From contig NC_043000.1 in the NCBI RefSeq assembly GCF_006345805.1, positions 4,526,001 through 4,590,000 on the forward strand: a stretch of DNA of 64,000 nucleotides. Direction: 5' to 3'. Positions 11,753-24,772 of this stretch are shown in pieces. The notes beneath the pieces are model-generated. The model ran no database searches. It was not told the origin of the DNA and was given only the letters and a program-made list of their open reading frames with translations. Numbering within the stretch: position 1 is the stretch's first letter; each line of letters starts with the position of its first letter. A program made the translations under genes and the position numbers. The DNA is from Octopus sinensis. Lineage: Eukaryota.

Positions 11753-12137
11753 TATGTATGTATATGTGTGCATATGTGTGTATATTTCTACCCATCTACT
11801 CAACTATCATGTGCTATAGATACACATAGTAGTTGAGTAGATAGGTTGAAATATCTGACAGTGAACAAAACATCTCGATCTTCATCAGGTTATCACACAT
11901 CCCCTTTCATGTGCAAGAAAAAGATATCAAGCATCAACTCTCCCACCACTGGACACCCACTGGATCTATTAATGCTGGTACAATGAAAGGATGTCCAGTG
12001 AGTTTATATAGATGCTTAAGAGGAGGCTAAAAGGTGATGGGCAAGAAACAAGATGAAGTGCAGCACTGGCTTTTGTCAGAGTAGAATTACGTTTATGCAT
12101 TATCTATAATCTATGTTTATGCGTGATTGTTGCAAGA

Positions 12138-13514
12138 GTGGCTAACTGGCTTCCTGTGCCGGTGGCATGTAGGAGGCACCATTCGAGTGGGATCGTTACC
12201 AGCATCGCCTTACTGGCACCTGTGCCATTGGCATGTGTAAAAAATTCGAGCGAGGTCGTCGCCAGTACCGCCTGACTGGCCCATGTATAAAAATTCAAGT
12301 GAGGTCATCGCCAGTACCGCCTGACTGGACCATGTATAAAAAATTCGAGCGAGGTCGTCGCCAGTACCGCCTGACTGGCCCATGTATAAAAATTTGAGCA
12401 AAGTCGTCGCCAGTACTGCCTGACTGGCCCATGTATAAAAATTCGAGCAAGGTTGTTGCCAGTACCGTCTGACTGGCCCATGCATAAAAATTCGAGCGAG
12501 GTCGTCGCCAGTACCGCCTGACTGGCCCATGTATAAAAATTCGAGCGAGGTCGTCGCCAGTACCGCCTGACTGGCCCATGTATAAAAATTCGAGCGAGGT
12601 CGTTGCCAGTACCGCCTGACTGGCCCATGTATAAAAATTCGAGCGAGGTCGTTGCCAGTACCGCCTGACTGGCCCATGTATAAAAATTCGAGCGAGGTCG
12701 TCGCCAGTACCGCCTGACTGGCCCATGTATAAAAATGCAAGCGAGGTCGTTGCCAGTACCGCCTGACTGGCCCATGTATAAAAATTCGAGTGAAGTCGTC
12801 GCCAGTACTGCCTGACTGGCCATGTATAAAAATTCAAGCATGGTCGTCGCCAGTACCAGAACTACGCCGACTGGCCCATGTATAAAAATTCGAGCGAGGT
12901 CGTTGCCAGTACCGCCTGACTGGCCCATGTATAAAAATTCGAGTGAAGTCGTCGCCAGTACTGCCTGACTGGCCCATGTATAAAAATTCAAGCATGGTCG
13001 TCGCCAGTACCGCCTGACTGGCCCATGTATAAAAATTCGAGCGAGGTCGTCGCCAGTACCGCCTGACTGGTCCATGTATAAAAATTCGAGTGAAGTCGTC
13101 GCCAGTACTGCCTGACTGGCCCATGTATAAAAATTCAAGCGAGGTCGTCGCCAGTACCGCCTGACTGGCCCATGTATAAAAATTCGAGTGAGGTCATCGC
13201 CAGTACCGCCTGACTGGCCCATGTATAAAAATTCAAGCGAGGTCGTCGCCAGTACCGCCTGACTGGCCCATGTATAAAAATTCGAGCGAGGTCGTCGCCA
13301 GTACCGCCTGACTGGCCCCCATGCCGGTGGTACATAAAAGCACTCACTACACTCTCGGAGTGGTTGGCGTTAGGAAGGGCATCCAGCTGTAGAAACTCTG
13401 CCAGATCAAGACTGGAGCTTGGTGCTGCCATCTGGTTCGCCAGCCCACAGTCAAACCGTCCAGCCCATGCTAGCATGGAAAGCGGACGTTAAACGACGAC
13501 GATGATGATGATGA
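12138..13514 (+). mobile_element. SINE family B hosting the 49-bp array
   Basis: Tail gttggcgttaggaagggcatccagctgtagaaac...ggacgttaaacgacga(tga)n. Confidence 0.8.
12239..13318 (+). repeat. Tandem array, ~22 x 49 bp
   Basis: Unit aaaaattcgagcgaggtcgtcgccagtaccgcctgactggcccatgtat; 49-bp spacing checked by hand. Confidence 0.95.
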
Positions 13515-13859
13515 TATATTTTGTATTGTTGTGCAGTTTGTTTTGTATCATTGTTTTTGGTAGTTATTTTAGTGCACCGTCTGTTTGCTTGTGTTGAGTA
13601 TATACTATGAGGATTGAATAATAATTATAACAATTATATTTGTTATCACCATCATCATCATCATCATCATTATCATTGTCGTCATCATCAGCATAATCAT
13701 CATTATCATTTTAACATTCACGTTTCTATGTTCATATGGGTTGGACAGAATTTTGTTGAGGTAGATTTCCTACAGCCAGATGTCTTCCCTGTTGTCAGCC
13801 TTCATCATTTTTACAAATAAGATATTTCTCCGTAACCAGACATGTTTTTATAGAAGACG

Positions 13860-14230
13860 AGCAAAACGCCCCCTCCCCCCACCACCACGTCCAATGGACA
13901 GTGCTGAGTTGTCAAACATTTACACCAAATTTTCTCAAAACAACTTGTCCGACCGTCCCATAGGCCTCCCCTTTGAGAAACACTGATTTAACCTAAATTT
14001 GGGACACCAGTAAAAGAAGAAATAAAGATAGACTTTTTTTCTATTCCAAAGAAAAACGATTTTATTCACTTTATCAATCACATTCTCGATTTTTGTGATT
14101 TTTTCAAGACTTATACACGCCCTGATAGCGTCGGTATCTTCATATCAAATTTGAGCGCAATCGGATGGAGGATGCCCGAGATCCTAGAAGACACACACAC
14201 AGACAGACAGAACAGATTTTATATAATAGA
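13860..14230 (-). mobile_element. Helitron 5' portion
   Basis: - strand begins TCTATTATATATAAAA followed by (tgtc)n(tg)n and ccgattgcgctcaaatttg, the layout of non-autonomous Helitron 5' ends; distal boundary approximate. Confidence 0.6.
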
Positions 14231-15012
14231 CTAGCAATGCATCCTGGCATTGCCCGGGTGTTTGAACCTACAGCCACAGTTTTATTTGTTTCTTTTTTAT
14301 GGGTAGAATCAGCACACGAGGAGCATGAAGCAAACAACTCTTTTTTATAAACATGCTTTTCAGTCATTTTGTGATGAACAATGCTGAAATTGTTGTCACC
14401 AAAAACATGTAGAATAGCAGCTTAGATTAGAAGGAAATCCTAAAATTGCCCCCAAAATGACCTAGACATACAGATATAAAGAACTGGATGATAAATGAGA
14501 ACATAGAAGTATCCGTATTACAGAAAGTAAGGTACATGGAAAGAAAGCTGCTTCATTGTGAAAAGGACCTTCCTTGTAATGTTTGGGCAGACTGCACACT
14601 TCAACATATGTTAAGTGAAGCTGTCAATGCTTCTGGGTTAACTATGTTTTGCATAAGTCCAGTGTTGGTAGAACAAATATACAAGTCATCTGCACTGCTA
14701 ACTCGAGAGCATGCAACATATAGTTGTCCATGAGAAAAGCAGGGTAATTTTAAATTGAGACCCACAATTTTTAAAGTTTGACCCTAGGCTTTGTGGATTG
14801 TCATAGCACTGGTAACTGGAGGCACTTGAAATGAAATGGCACATTTGAGGGAATAAGGAGTATGCATGGAATGTATGTGATCTCTCCTCAATGGCAGCTG
14901 GCAATATTGGCTGCTTGTAGTTATAATCAATCTTGTACCATTGCGTAGTCGTGGTGGGTCCAAATTCCTCAAGAGCATCATAGGTGCACCTTTCTTTAGG
15001 AACAACACATAC
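14231..15012 (-). mobile_element. Helitron 3' portion with degraded Pif1-like RepHel C-terminus and 3' terminus
   Basis: LKKGAPMMLLRNLDPPRLRNGTRL, YIPCILLIPSNVPFHFKCLQLP, AMTIHKA*GQTLKIVGLNL..PCFSHGQLYVACSRV; GC hairpin cccgggcaatgccagg then CTAG at 14234-14231. Confidence 0.9.
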
Positions 15013-15055
15013 TTCTCCATTTATCTATCAATCCACCTATACATATATACATACA

Positions 15056-15219
15056 TAGGCACAGGAGTGGCTGTTTGGTAAGTAGCTTGCTTACCAACCA
15101 TATGGTTTCGGGTTCTGTCCTACTGTGTGGCACCTTGAACAAGTGTCTTCCACTATGGCCTCGGACTGACCAAAGCCTTGTGAGTGGATTTGGAAGATGG
15201 AAACTGAAAGAAGCCCATC

Positions 15220-15256
<37 letters not shown>

Positions 15257-15470
15257 TGTGTATATGTTGGTGTGTCTGTATTTGTCTTCCCATCATCGCT
15301 TGATAACTGATGCTGGTGTGCTTACGTCCTCATAACTTAGCAGTTCAGCAAAAACACTGATAGAATATGTACTACGCTTACGAAGAATAAGTCCTTGCTT
15401 GATTAAGGGTGGTGCTCCAGCATGACTGCAGTCAGATGACTGAAACAAGTAAAAGAATAAAAGAATATAT
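15056..15470 (+). mobile_element. SINE family A
   Basis: Full head-to-tail match to other copies. Confidence 0.8.
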
Positions 15471-15544
15471 ACATACATATACAATGGGCTTATATATATA
15501 TGTGTATATATGTATATATATATGTGTGTATATATATATATATA

Positions 15545-15790
15545 TATAAAATACAAAATGGGACAAGAACGCAAAACATCCAGACAGCTAGGTGATACAA
15601 AAAGGGACAACAAAACATCCAGATAGACGATACAAAGAAAACAAGGATGCATCATTCGAAGTTTTCTTTCCTCAGTCAAGCACCAGATTATCCTTGCAAT
15701 TTCAGTTGATTATTCTTAAGATCGCTCCAATCTGGCCAGCCCCAAGGAAAAACTAAGCTAAGAATATTAGATTCCTTAAAAGAAAGCAGG
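15545..15790 (-). mobile_element. (TA)n-associated interspersed repeat, second copy at 52138-52355 (+)
   Basis: Shared aaggaatctaat..cttagcttagtttttccttgggg.tggccagattggagc and tgtatcacctag.tgtc.ggatgttttgcgt. Confidence 0.65.
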
Positions 15791-16509
15791 CTTCTTTTAG
15801 TTTCTATCTACCAAACCTACTCACAATGCTTTGGTCAGCCTGGGGTTATGCAGTGAGATTGAACATATGGCTGGGAAGCAGACTTCTTACCACACTGCCA
15901 CATCTGCATTTATATGCTATAATAGATACATCTATTTGTTGTTATAAAATCTGAGTGTAGAGACAATACTTTAGTTTTGAAAAACAACCTTTACAGCACT
16001 GGTTTTACCAAAAATAAAAGGACCCAATAGTTGGTGACAAGAAGGGTATTCAATTTGTAAAACAAAACCAAACTCCTGTAAAGCTCCAACTTAATGATAA
16101 TCTCTAACTGTATATACATGACTAAGGTTCAATAACTGTAGTAGCACGTAGTAGTTAAGTAGATAGGTAGAAATATCTGACAGTGAGCAAAATCTTGAGA
16201 GGAGAATAACAGATGTGTGTTGTGTGCAAGAAATAAGATGAAGGGAAGCCTCATTCAGACACTTTACAAGCAAAAATGACCAGTACAAATTTTTCTGGAT
16301 AAGTAATAATGTTGGTTAAGATGGATTTGGTATTTTGGTGGCTGAAAAGTGAAGAGATAAAATAACTGAAGTATCCATAATATGTGACAGGATAATTAAA
16401 ATTAGACTAGTTGTAGGCAAAGCAACGGAGACTATAACCTCTGCTTATGTCCCACACTTGGGGTCTAGTGGATAAGCAAAAGAATTGCTTCTATGAGGCT
16501 CTCTTACAT

Positions 16510-16745
16510 ACCTATTTCTTTACTACTCACAAGGGGCTAAACACAGAGGGGGACAAACAAGAACAGACAAACGGATTAAGTTGATTACATCGACCCCAAT
16601 GTGTAACTGGTACTTAATTTATTGACCCCGAAAGGATGAAAGGCAAAGTCAACATCGGCAGAATTTGAACTCAGAACATAACGGCAGACGTAATACGGCT
16701 ACACATTTCGCCTGGTGTGCTAACGTTTCTGCCAGCTCACCACCT
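16510..16745 (-). mobile_element. SINE family C (core gcctttcatcctttcggggtcgataaattaagtaccagt)
   Basis: tctgagttcaaattc B-box; further copies at about 22215-22400, 33530-33660, 39985-40155, 42010-42420, 47500-47710 and 55020-55160. Confidence 0.8.
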
Positions 16746-16829
16746 TAACATACCACCTTTCTTACATACCATCTCACTAACAGGCAATAGCAATATGATT
16801 ACCTTGGATAGTGACTTCAAAAGACATGG

Positions 16830-17015
16830 TGGGTAGCATCACGATAACTACCCTGGAGTACATAGTGATTACAGATGAGATTCCAGAAATGAGGAAGGAC
16901 CAATGTTTCTGGAATTCTGCTATATAGATAAACTAGCCATTTGCAACACAAATTTCAGGAAACCAACCAGTTACTTCGTCACCTTCCAATCAGGTGAACA
17001 CGAAATCAAATTTGT
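16830..17015 (+). pseudogene. RTE-clade LINE AP-endonuclease fragment
   Basis: SRNEEGPMFLEFCYIDKLAICNTNFRKPTSYFVTFQSGEH resembles the RTE APE motif RNEEG..LEFC....L.ICNT.FRK. Confidence 0.75.
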
Positions 17016-17154
17016 AAGTTTCCGTATAAATAAATAAATATCTAAGGTAAAACTTTTCCAAGAATTGATTTCTTTATAGTTTGAGACTTGTCATTGTTCC
17101 CGCTAAAATACACCCTATGCCTATATAGGTGTGTATGTGTGTACATGTATGAGT

Positions 17155-17190
<36 letters not shown>

Positions 17191-17580
17191 ATGCAAGCGT
17201 GTGTGTGTGTGCATGCAAGCGTGTGAGTGTATTATGTGTGTATGTATGTATGCCTGTGTGTGTGCATGCGTGTATGCGTTCATGCATGTGTGTATGTATG
17301 TATACATGCATGCATGTTTATATGTATGTATATGTTTGTATGTATGTATGTTTGCATGATTTATGTATGATATATATCTATATATCTATCTTTTAATCTG
17401 TTTTAATGTATGTATGTATGTATGTATGTATGCATGCATGTATGTATGTATTCATGTATGCATGTATGTCGCATATGTATGTATATGTTTGTATGTATGT
17501 AAGTTTGCATGAATTATGTCTGATATATATCTATGTTTTAATGTATGTATGTATGTATATATGTATGTATGCATGTATGC

Positions 17581-17613
<33 letters not shown>

Positions 17614-18017
17614 TGTATGTATGTATGTATGTATGTGTGTAAGTATGTATGTATGCATGCATGCATGCATGCATGTATGTATGTATGTATGTATGTATGG
17701 ATGGATGGATGCATGCATGTATGTATGTGCATGTTTAAAATTGTGCAGTATTTATTTTTTTTTTAATATTCCTATAAAGAAGGAGCTTGTGGCCAACTAA
17801 TAAAGCTTCTTTGCTGTAATTTAGATAATAAATACAGTAAAGAATGACAATGAATTTTAGAAAAGTCTTGCTTATTTTTATTGTTCTGCTTGCAAATTAA
17901 CTTTCAAAATAAGTTAGTTCATATCTTTCTTTGCTGAGGAATGTTCCAGATTTTCCAGGCTACCACTTACATTATAAGCAGCATAATTAATGGGTGCCAA
18001 TAATTATATGTGTAAAT

Positions 18018-18125
18018 GCTTGGAACTATATCATGTTGAAAATATTAGCTCTCCTTTGATTGTTGGCGTTAAGCAACATCGACCCTAGATGGGTGACTGC
18101 TTGAGAAAACTAGGTACTGCAAACA
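18018..18125 (+). pseudogene. Degraded 5S rRNA pseudogene with ~10-nt internal deletion
   Basis: atcatgttgaa, gttaagcaacatcga and gatgggtgactgcttgagaaaactaggtactgcaaaca are collinear with metazoan 5S rRNA as recalled, differing mainly by transitions. Confidence 0.7.
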
Positions 18126-18511
18126 TCAATTGTTCAGGTTCAAGTGTGACTATGTGATTGAGAAGTTTACTTCCAAACCATATGGTCTCAGGTTCAATCC
18201 CACTGTTTGGCACCATGGACAAATGTTTTCTACTCTTGCATTTTAGAGGGGTTGACACTTTGAAGCTTCACAATCTCTTTTGTTCAACAGATATTTAGTA
18301 GATGCTGTTTGCAAAACGGCTGGCAAGCATTGTTGTGTGATTAAGAAGTTTGCTTTACAGCCGTGTAGTTTCAAGTTCAGTCCCACAGCATGGCACCTTG
18401 GGCAACTATCTTCTTCTATAGTCCTAGACTGCTTAATACCTAGTGAGTGAATTTGGTAGATGAAAATTGTGTGGAAGCCCATCATATATATAAATATATA
18501 TATATATAAAT

Positions 18512-18642
<131 letters not shown>

Positions 18643-18739
18643 GACGGGCTTCCACGCAATTTTTATCTACCAAATATATATATATATATACATACATACT
18701 ACATACATACATACTACATACATACATACATAGACACAC

Positions 18740-18785
<46 letters not shown>

Positions 18786-18958
18786 GCAGGAGTGGCTGTG
18801 TGGTAAGTAGCTTGCTTACTAACCATATGGTTCTGATGGTTCTGGGTTCAGTCCCACTGCATGGCACCTTAGGCAAGTGTCTTCTACTATAGCTTCGGGC
18901 CGACCAAAGCCTTGTGAGTGGATTTGGTAGATGGAAACTGAAAGAAGCCTGTCGTATA

Positions 18959-18994
<36 letters not shown>

Positions 18995-20371
18995 CATGTG
19001 TGTTTGCATGTGTGTGTGTATGCATGTGTGTTTGCATGTGTGTGTGTGTGTGCATGTGTGTGTGCGTGCACACGCAGAGAACTGATGCAGTCACCAGCAA
19101 TACCACGTCATGTGTTTGGGATCTTCCAAATAAGAAATGGAGAAATATGAAAATACTAAATAAAACAGAATAAAAACAAAAAGTGAAAATTCCTTGAATG
19201 GAATCAAGCTTATTTTAGAATGCTGAGTAGGTGATGAAAGGGAAAGCTACAGAGTGGGGATGGTGGATATTTTAACTCCAAGAATAATAAAATTTTTTAT
19301 TAAAAGCTTTCATAAACATGTATTAGCTGTTTATACCAATTATTATAATTTTCTGATCCTTTTTGCTTTTTCAATTAATTTTTTAGCTACATTCATTCCC
19401 TTTAAAAATAATAATTACTAAATATAATTTAAAGGATTTTTACACCTTCCAATTAAAAAAAGCTTTTTTTTCTTTTATTTTTATAAGGTTCATCATTCTC
19501 TTTTATGATAGCATATTCTGAATTTTTTTTCTTTTAATGCCTCACTGCAAAACTATTAAGTGAAAATAGATGGTAATGAAGATTAGAATGTGAGTAGAAT
19601 GTGTTAAAGCCATGGAATTTGAAATTATAAGAATAGCAGAAGTGTGTCACAGACTTTCAGAAATATCTGTTTCTGATGATGTAATGCAGCATGAAGCAGA
19701 GATTTTTGTATCATGAATAGAAGAGAAGGTTCCATTTTTCAAGTGATGAAGAATATTTTGTCTTACATCTAAGGTAGAATAAATTTTGGCACAAGGCCAG
19801 CAATCTTGGAGGAGGGGTTAAGTCATTTACTTATTTATCGTTTCTGAAATTTTCGTTGCTTCCTGAAACCTCTTCAATAGTCGTTGGCTCTCCCCAGACA
19901 CAATAAAATATGCCTTCACACATAATTTCACATAAAGAATCTTGCAAACCAAATAAAAAAACGAAATTATAAACAGAAATAGACAGAAATTTCTACAGAA
20001 TTGTCTTGCTCAGTTTCATTAATTCTGTCTTTAATTCATTAATTACAAAATTGATTATTGTGCAAATAGTTTTAAAGGGCAACTAGCTTCAACAAAAGAA
20101 TTAGCAACAGAAACAGGTGTAGAGTAAAATAATAGTAAAAATAATATGCCCCAAAATGGGAGTCTGAATTGGGGTTATAATTAATAGCAACAAAAGCAGT
20201 ATTAGAACCAAGAGGTAATCTTGATCTCCAACTTAATGTGGAAAGTGTGTTAGAATACAGAATACTGAGTTATTTACTGTGAGAGAATTTTTCATACGGA
20301 ATCATGGTGTATAAAAGCACACATAATTATCGTTGACAGATGAGAAACATCTACTATGGCTTCTGGAACTC

Positions 20372-20545
20372 CCAGGTCACATGATTTCACCCTGCTATGA
20401 GTTCCTTAATGACAGATGTCCAGCAGTGCAATAACAGCCAAATCTCCCATCTGCAATATATTAAATTTCAGTGTCTGTTCAGGCATGTCACTGATGAGCA
20501 TCTGTCACTGAGGAATCCATAGCAGGGTGAAATTATGTGATCTGG
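20372..20545. repeat. Isolated inverted repeat (47-bp arms, extendable to ~57 bp)
   Basis: 20372-20418 pairs with 20499-20545. Confidence 0.85.
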
Positions 20546-20802
20546 CAATTTTTGTCTGTGAATAATATAGTTACATGTGATTTTATGCACCACAATTCCT
20601 TATGATTGATCATTTCAAGGTAAATAATGCAGTATTCTGTGTTCTAACACAACTTCCACATAAAGTTGGAGATCAAGATTTAATCAATTATAAAGTTTCC
20701 ATAACAGATGAGGATTTTGAAATAGCATAACAGATTTTGATCAGCATTTTGGGACTTAGACAACAAGCTAAGACACAAAACAAATAATTTTATCAACAGA
20801 TA

Positions 20803-21212
20803 GGCATAGGAGTGGCTGTGTGGTAAGTAGCTTGCTTACCAGCCACATGGTTCTGGGTTCGATCCCACTGCGTGGCACCTTGGGTGAGTGTCTTCTACTA
20901 TTGCCTCTGGCTGACCGAAGCCTTGTGAGTGGATTTGGTAGATGGAAATTGAAAGAAGCCTGTCGTATATGTGTATGTGTGTGTGTGTGTGTATGTTTGT
21001 GTGTCTGTGTTTGTCCCCCCAACATCGCTTGACAACCGATGCTGGTGTGTTTACATCCCTGTAACTTAGTGGTTCGCCAAAAGACACCGATAGAATAAGT
21101 ACTAGGCTTACAAAGAATAAGTCCTGGGGTCGATTTGCTCGACTAAAGGTGGTGCTCCAGTATGGCCACAGTTAAATGACTGAAACAAGTAAAAGAGTAA
21201 AAAAGTAAAAGA
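20803..21212 (+). mobile_element. SINE family A, full length
   Basis: Head-to-tail match. Confidence 0.85.
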
Positions 21213-21271
21213 GATATGAGCTACTGACTAAAATAAATATTTTAAAAAATCGTGTTTTTGGAAATGTAAAG

Positions 21272-21545
21272 TTTGCAATAGAAGTTGTTAGATTCTTTGA
21301 TAGTAATAAGTTACAAGACATCATGGCAAATCTTTGGTTTGCATTAAGGATAATACTTACTATAGAGCGAAAAACCTGAGTAAATGAAAACTTATAAAGG
21401 CATATTTACAGTATTCCATCACGCAAGATAGATTAAATTCTTTGGGAATTGTGTCAATAGAAAATGATATTGTAATAAAGATAGATATAGGAACTGCTAT
21501 CGAAATATTTTCAGATCTAAGTTCCAGAAAAAATGTTTTGGATGA
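21272..21545 (+). pseudogene. hAT transposase C-terminal dimerisation-domain remnant
   Basis: NKLQDIMANLWFALRIILTI..ER and SITQDRLNSLGIVSIENDI..IDI..AIEIFSDLSSRK match the hAT C-terminal pattern. Confidence 0.75.
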
Positions 21546-21778
21546 TATATATTTTATCAGTGTCTGTTTCTTTGCTTATATATATATATTTTTTTTTTTT
21601 TTAGGAGAAAATAACCCTAGCCCTAGCATCTACAAGTGATCAGTAGCACTCTTTAGACTTTCTGTCACCCAATCGACTGCCATTACATTTTTTTTTTTTT
21701 TGTGGGAAAAATGTGCTGAGGTCAATGCCAATAATGTAAATACAGTCTCTCTCTTTTTCTCTCTCTCATTCATTTTCT

Positions 21779-21820
<42 letters not shown>

Positions 21821-21981
21821 TTCTCTCTCTCTCTCACACTTTTTTCTTTCTATCTATCTTTCTTTCCTTCTCTACTTAGTGCTCATGAAAAATTTGTATG
21901 CTGAGAATGGATAATAAATTGTACCTGTCTGTGTAACTTAAATACAGTTTTAAAAAAGCATTGAGCTGACAGAATTATTAA

Positions 21982-22202
21982 CTCTTTGGTTACTGTATTT
22001 ATTTTGAGATGTTCTGTGTTTCTCTCAATTATTTTAGATATAACAAAGAATTTAGTAAAACAACTTGGTTATCATTCAGCTAGTGTTAGGGGAATAAATT
22101 GTGACTAAGGTTTGGTGGAAGATTTTAATTCAAAACTTATAAAAACAAGACATTTGTACTACAGGGCCAGAGTCAGTTTCAGCCAGGTTGGTAACGAAAA
22201 GG
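21982..22202 (-). mobile_element. piggyBac-like MITE
   Basis: TTAA flanks; reverse complement of the 5845-6155 family. Confidence 0.7.
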
Positions 22203-22888
22203 TTAATGCATCAGGCAAAATGTTTTGTGAATTTTATTCTGGCTATTTATGTCCTAAATTCAAATTCCAATGAGGTCAACTTTGCCTTCCCTCCTTTCAA
22301 AATCAATAAAATAAATACCAGTCATGTACTGGGGTTGATGTAACCAATTATCCCTCTCACCCCACCAAAATTTATTTTGTCTTATGCCTGTTGTAGAAAG
22401 AAAACATGAATGCAGTTCTTTGTAGTCTCAAAGAGTATTTTTCTCAAGCAGTGTATTTGTTTCTGCTGCATGCTCCACACACTTGGAGCCCATCTCTTCA
22501 CGAAGCTGGACTTCATCTATCTCTAACTGTTTCATGAAGCTCAATTAAATGAGCTTTTAGTTCTTCGTGTCCAATGCAAAGAAATATGTAAGTCATGAAT
22601 ATGATATGCAGAGTGTCTCGCCTCCAAGTCTTTGTTGAGGTGTGTTAGCCCTGCAAGTCCAGGTTCACATGGGAGATCATCAGAAAGCGAGTGTTTCTTG
22701 AGGAGTTCACTACCAACCCACATGTCTCTCTCTCTCTCTATTTTTCTCTCTCTCTCTCTCTCTCTCTCTCCGTGTAGAGTCTGAGGCCATATGTGAAAAT
22801 GAATGGAGGCATAATGTCACCGTCACTAGTGATCACACCAAACACCATGATGTTGACTGGATGTTTGATTTTTATCACTCTCAGTATA

Positions 22889-22965
22889 TGTCCTCAGATT
22901 GCACTGTCCTCAGATTGCACTGTCCTCAGATTGCACTGTCCTCAGATTGCACTGTCCTCAGATTG
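22889..22965 (+). repeat. Minisatellite, ~4.8 x 16 bp
   Basis: Perfect copies of the unit tgtcctcagattgcac. Confidence 0.9.
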
Positions 22966-23194
22966 ACACCCAAATACTCTGAAATGTTCATATTGGAGTC
23001 ATTTCCAAATTCCTGGCAGAGTGAATTGCATCATGGTGCTGTTCTTCTCACAGGCAGTGCCCAACTGACCCTACTACACTGTGTAGTCGACAAAACCAAA
23101 AGCAAACAAGGCACATGTGCGAAATTAAAAACATAAAATGGCATCAATTTACCCATCACATCCTGTATATATTTGTGTGTGTGTATATATATAT

Positions 23195-23420
23195 CTTATT
23201 TTATTCTTTTGCTAGTTTCAGTCATTTGATTGTGGCCATGCTGGAGCACCACCTTTAAGGGTTTTAATCAAAGAAATCGACCCCAGGACTTATTCTTTGT
23301 TAGCCTGGTACTTATCCTACTGGTCTCTTTTGCCAAACCACTAAGTTATGGGGACATAAACTCACCAGCATCAGTTGTGCAGCAATGGTGAGGGAGACAA
23401 ACACAGACACACACACATGA

Positions 23421-23504
<84 letters not shown>

Positions 23505-24092
23505 ATATATACATATGACGGGCTTCTTTCAGTTTCTGTCCACCAGATCCACTCATAAGGTTTTGGTCAGCCCAAGGCTGTAGTGGAAGGCCCTTGCCCA
23601 AGGTGTCATGCAGTGGGACTGAACCCAGAACCATGTGGTTGGGAAGCAAGCTTCTTACCACACAGTCATGCCTGCACCTATATATATATATACTCTTTAC
23701 TCTTTTACTCTTTTACTTGTTTCAGACATTTGACTGCGGCCATGCTGGAGCACTGCCTTTAATCGAGCAACTCGACCCCGGGACTTATTCTTTTGTAAGC
23801 CCAGTACTTATTCTATCGGTCTCTTTTGCCGAACCGCTAAGTAACGGGGACATAAACACACCAGCATCGGTTGTCAAGCAATGCTACGGGGACAGACACA
23901 GACACACAAACACACACACGCAATATATATATACATATATACGACAGGCTTCTTTCAGTTTCCGTCTACCAAATCCACTCACAAGGCTTTGGTCGGCCCG
24001 AGGCTATAGTAGAAGACACTTGCCCAAGGTGCCACGCAGTGGGACTGAACCGGAACTATGTGGTTGGTAAACAAGCTACTTACCACACAGCC
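23195..24092 (-). mobile_element. Two tandem SINE family A copies
   Basis: Copies at about 23195-23680 and 23695-24092. Confidence 0.8.
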
Positions 24093-24739
24093 AGAGAGAG
24101 AGACAGAGAGAGACAGAGAAACACAGAGTGAGAGGGAGTTGAAATGTGAGAGTGAAAGGGAGTAAGAGAGACAAGGAGAATGAGAAATGATTTCAGTGAA
24201 ATATTGAGAATGCAAGGCAGAGTTTGATAAGAAAAAAGAAAAGTGGGATGAGAGGGGCAAGAGAGAAAATTTCACTGAAAGTTCATCAGAAAGTGATAGA
24301 AAAAGAGAGAAGGCAGAGTAAAGTCATAATTGGACTGGGGGAGAAGAGTATATGCCACTGTTTGGTAAGAGAGAGAGAGAGAGAAGAGAGAGTGGGGGAG
24401 AGAAAGAGATAGAGAAGAGAGAGAAAGTGAAAGTTCTAAGTAAGAATTTAATGAGAAGAAAAAAAGAGACAAATATAGCAAAACAAAAATAGAATTAATG
24501 GAAAAAAAAAAAAAACTATTTCCATTTTGTCAGTTTCCTATTCAAACATAGCAAGGAAATGAAAGTTCCGTTGAAAAGGAAATGAATTTGAATTTTTTGA
24601 TAATATTACATGATATACAGACTTCAGTGCCTGTTTTTATATATTTTAAAATTTTGGCTTATATATATATATATATATATATATATAACATATTTACTTA
24701 CATATATATATATACACACACATACATATATATATATAT

Positions 24740-24772
<33 letters not shown>

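Noticed and set aside
12210-13476. Long repetitive ORFs (up to 305 aa) and a CRISPR-like appearance
   Set aside because: They are translations of a 49-bp tandem unit. There are no unique spacers or cas genes, and the context is eukaryotic.
15650-15680. CTGAGGA..CGAAT motif (also at 52230-52255)
   Set aside because: No GAAA or stem I/III pairing could be built.
20491-20535. CTGATGA...GAAA inside the 20.4-kb hairpin
   Set aside because: No stem II closes the core; likely coincidental.
22561-22587. Micro-exon candidate on + strand (also near 41852-41881)
   Set aside because: Splice dinucleotide patterns of this size occur by chance in 64 kb; cannot be supported without RNA data.
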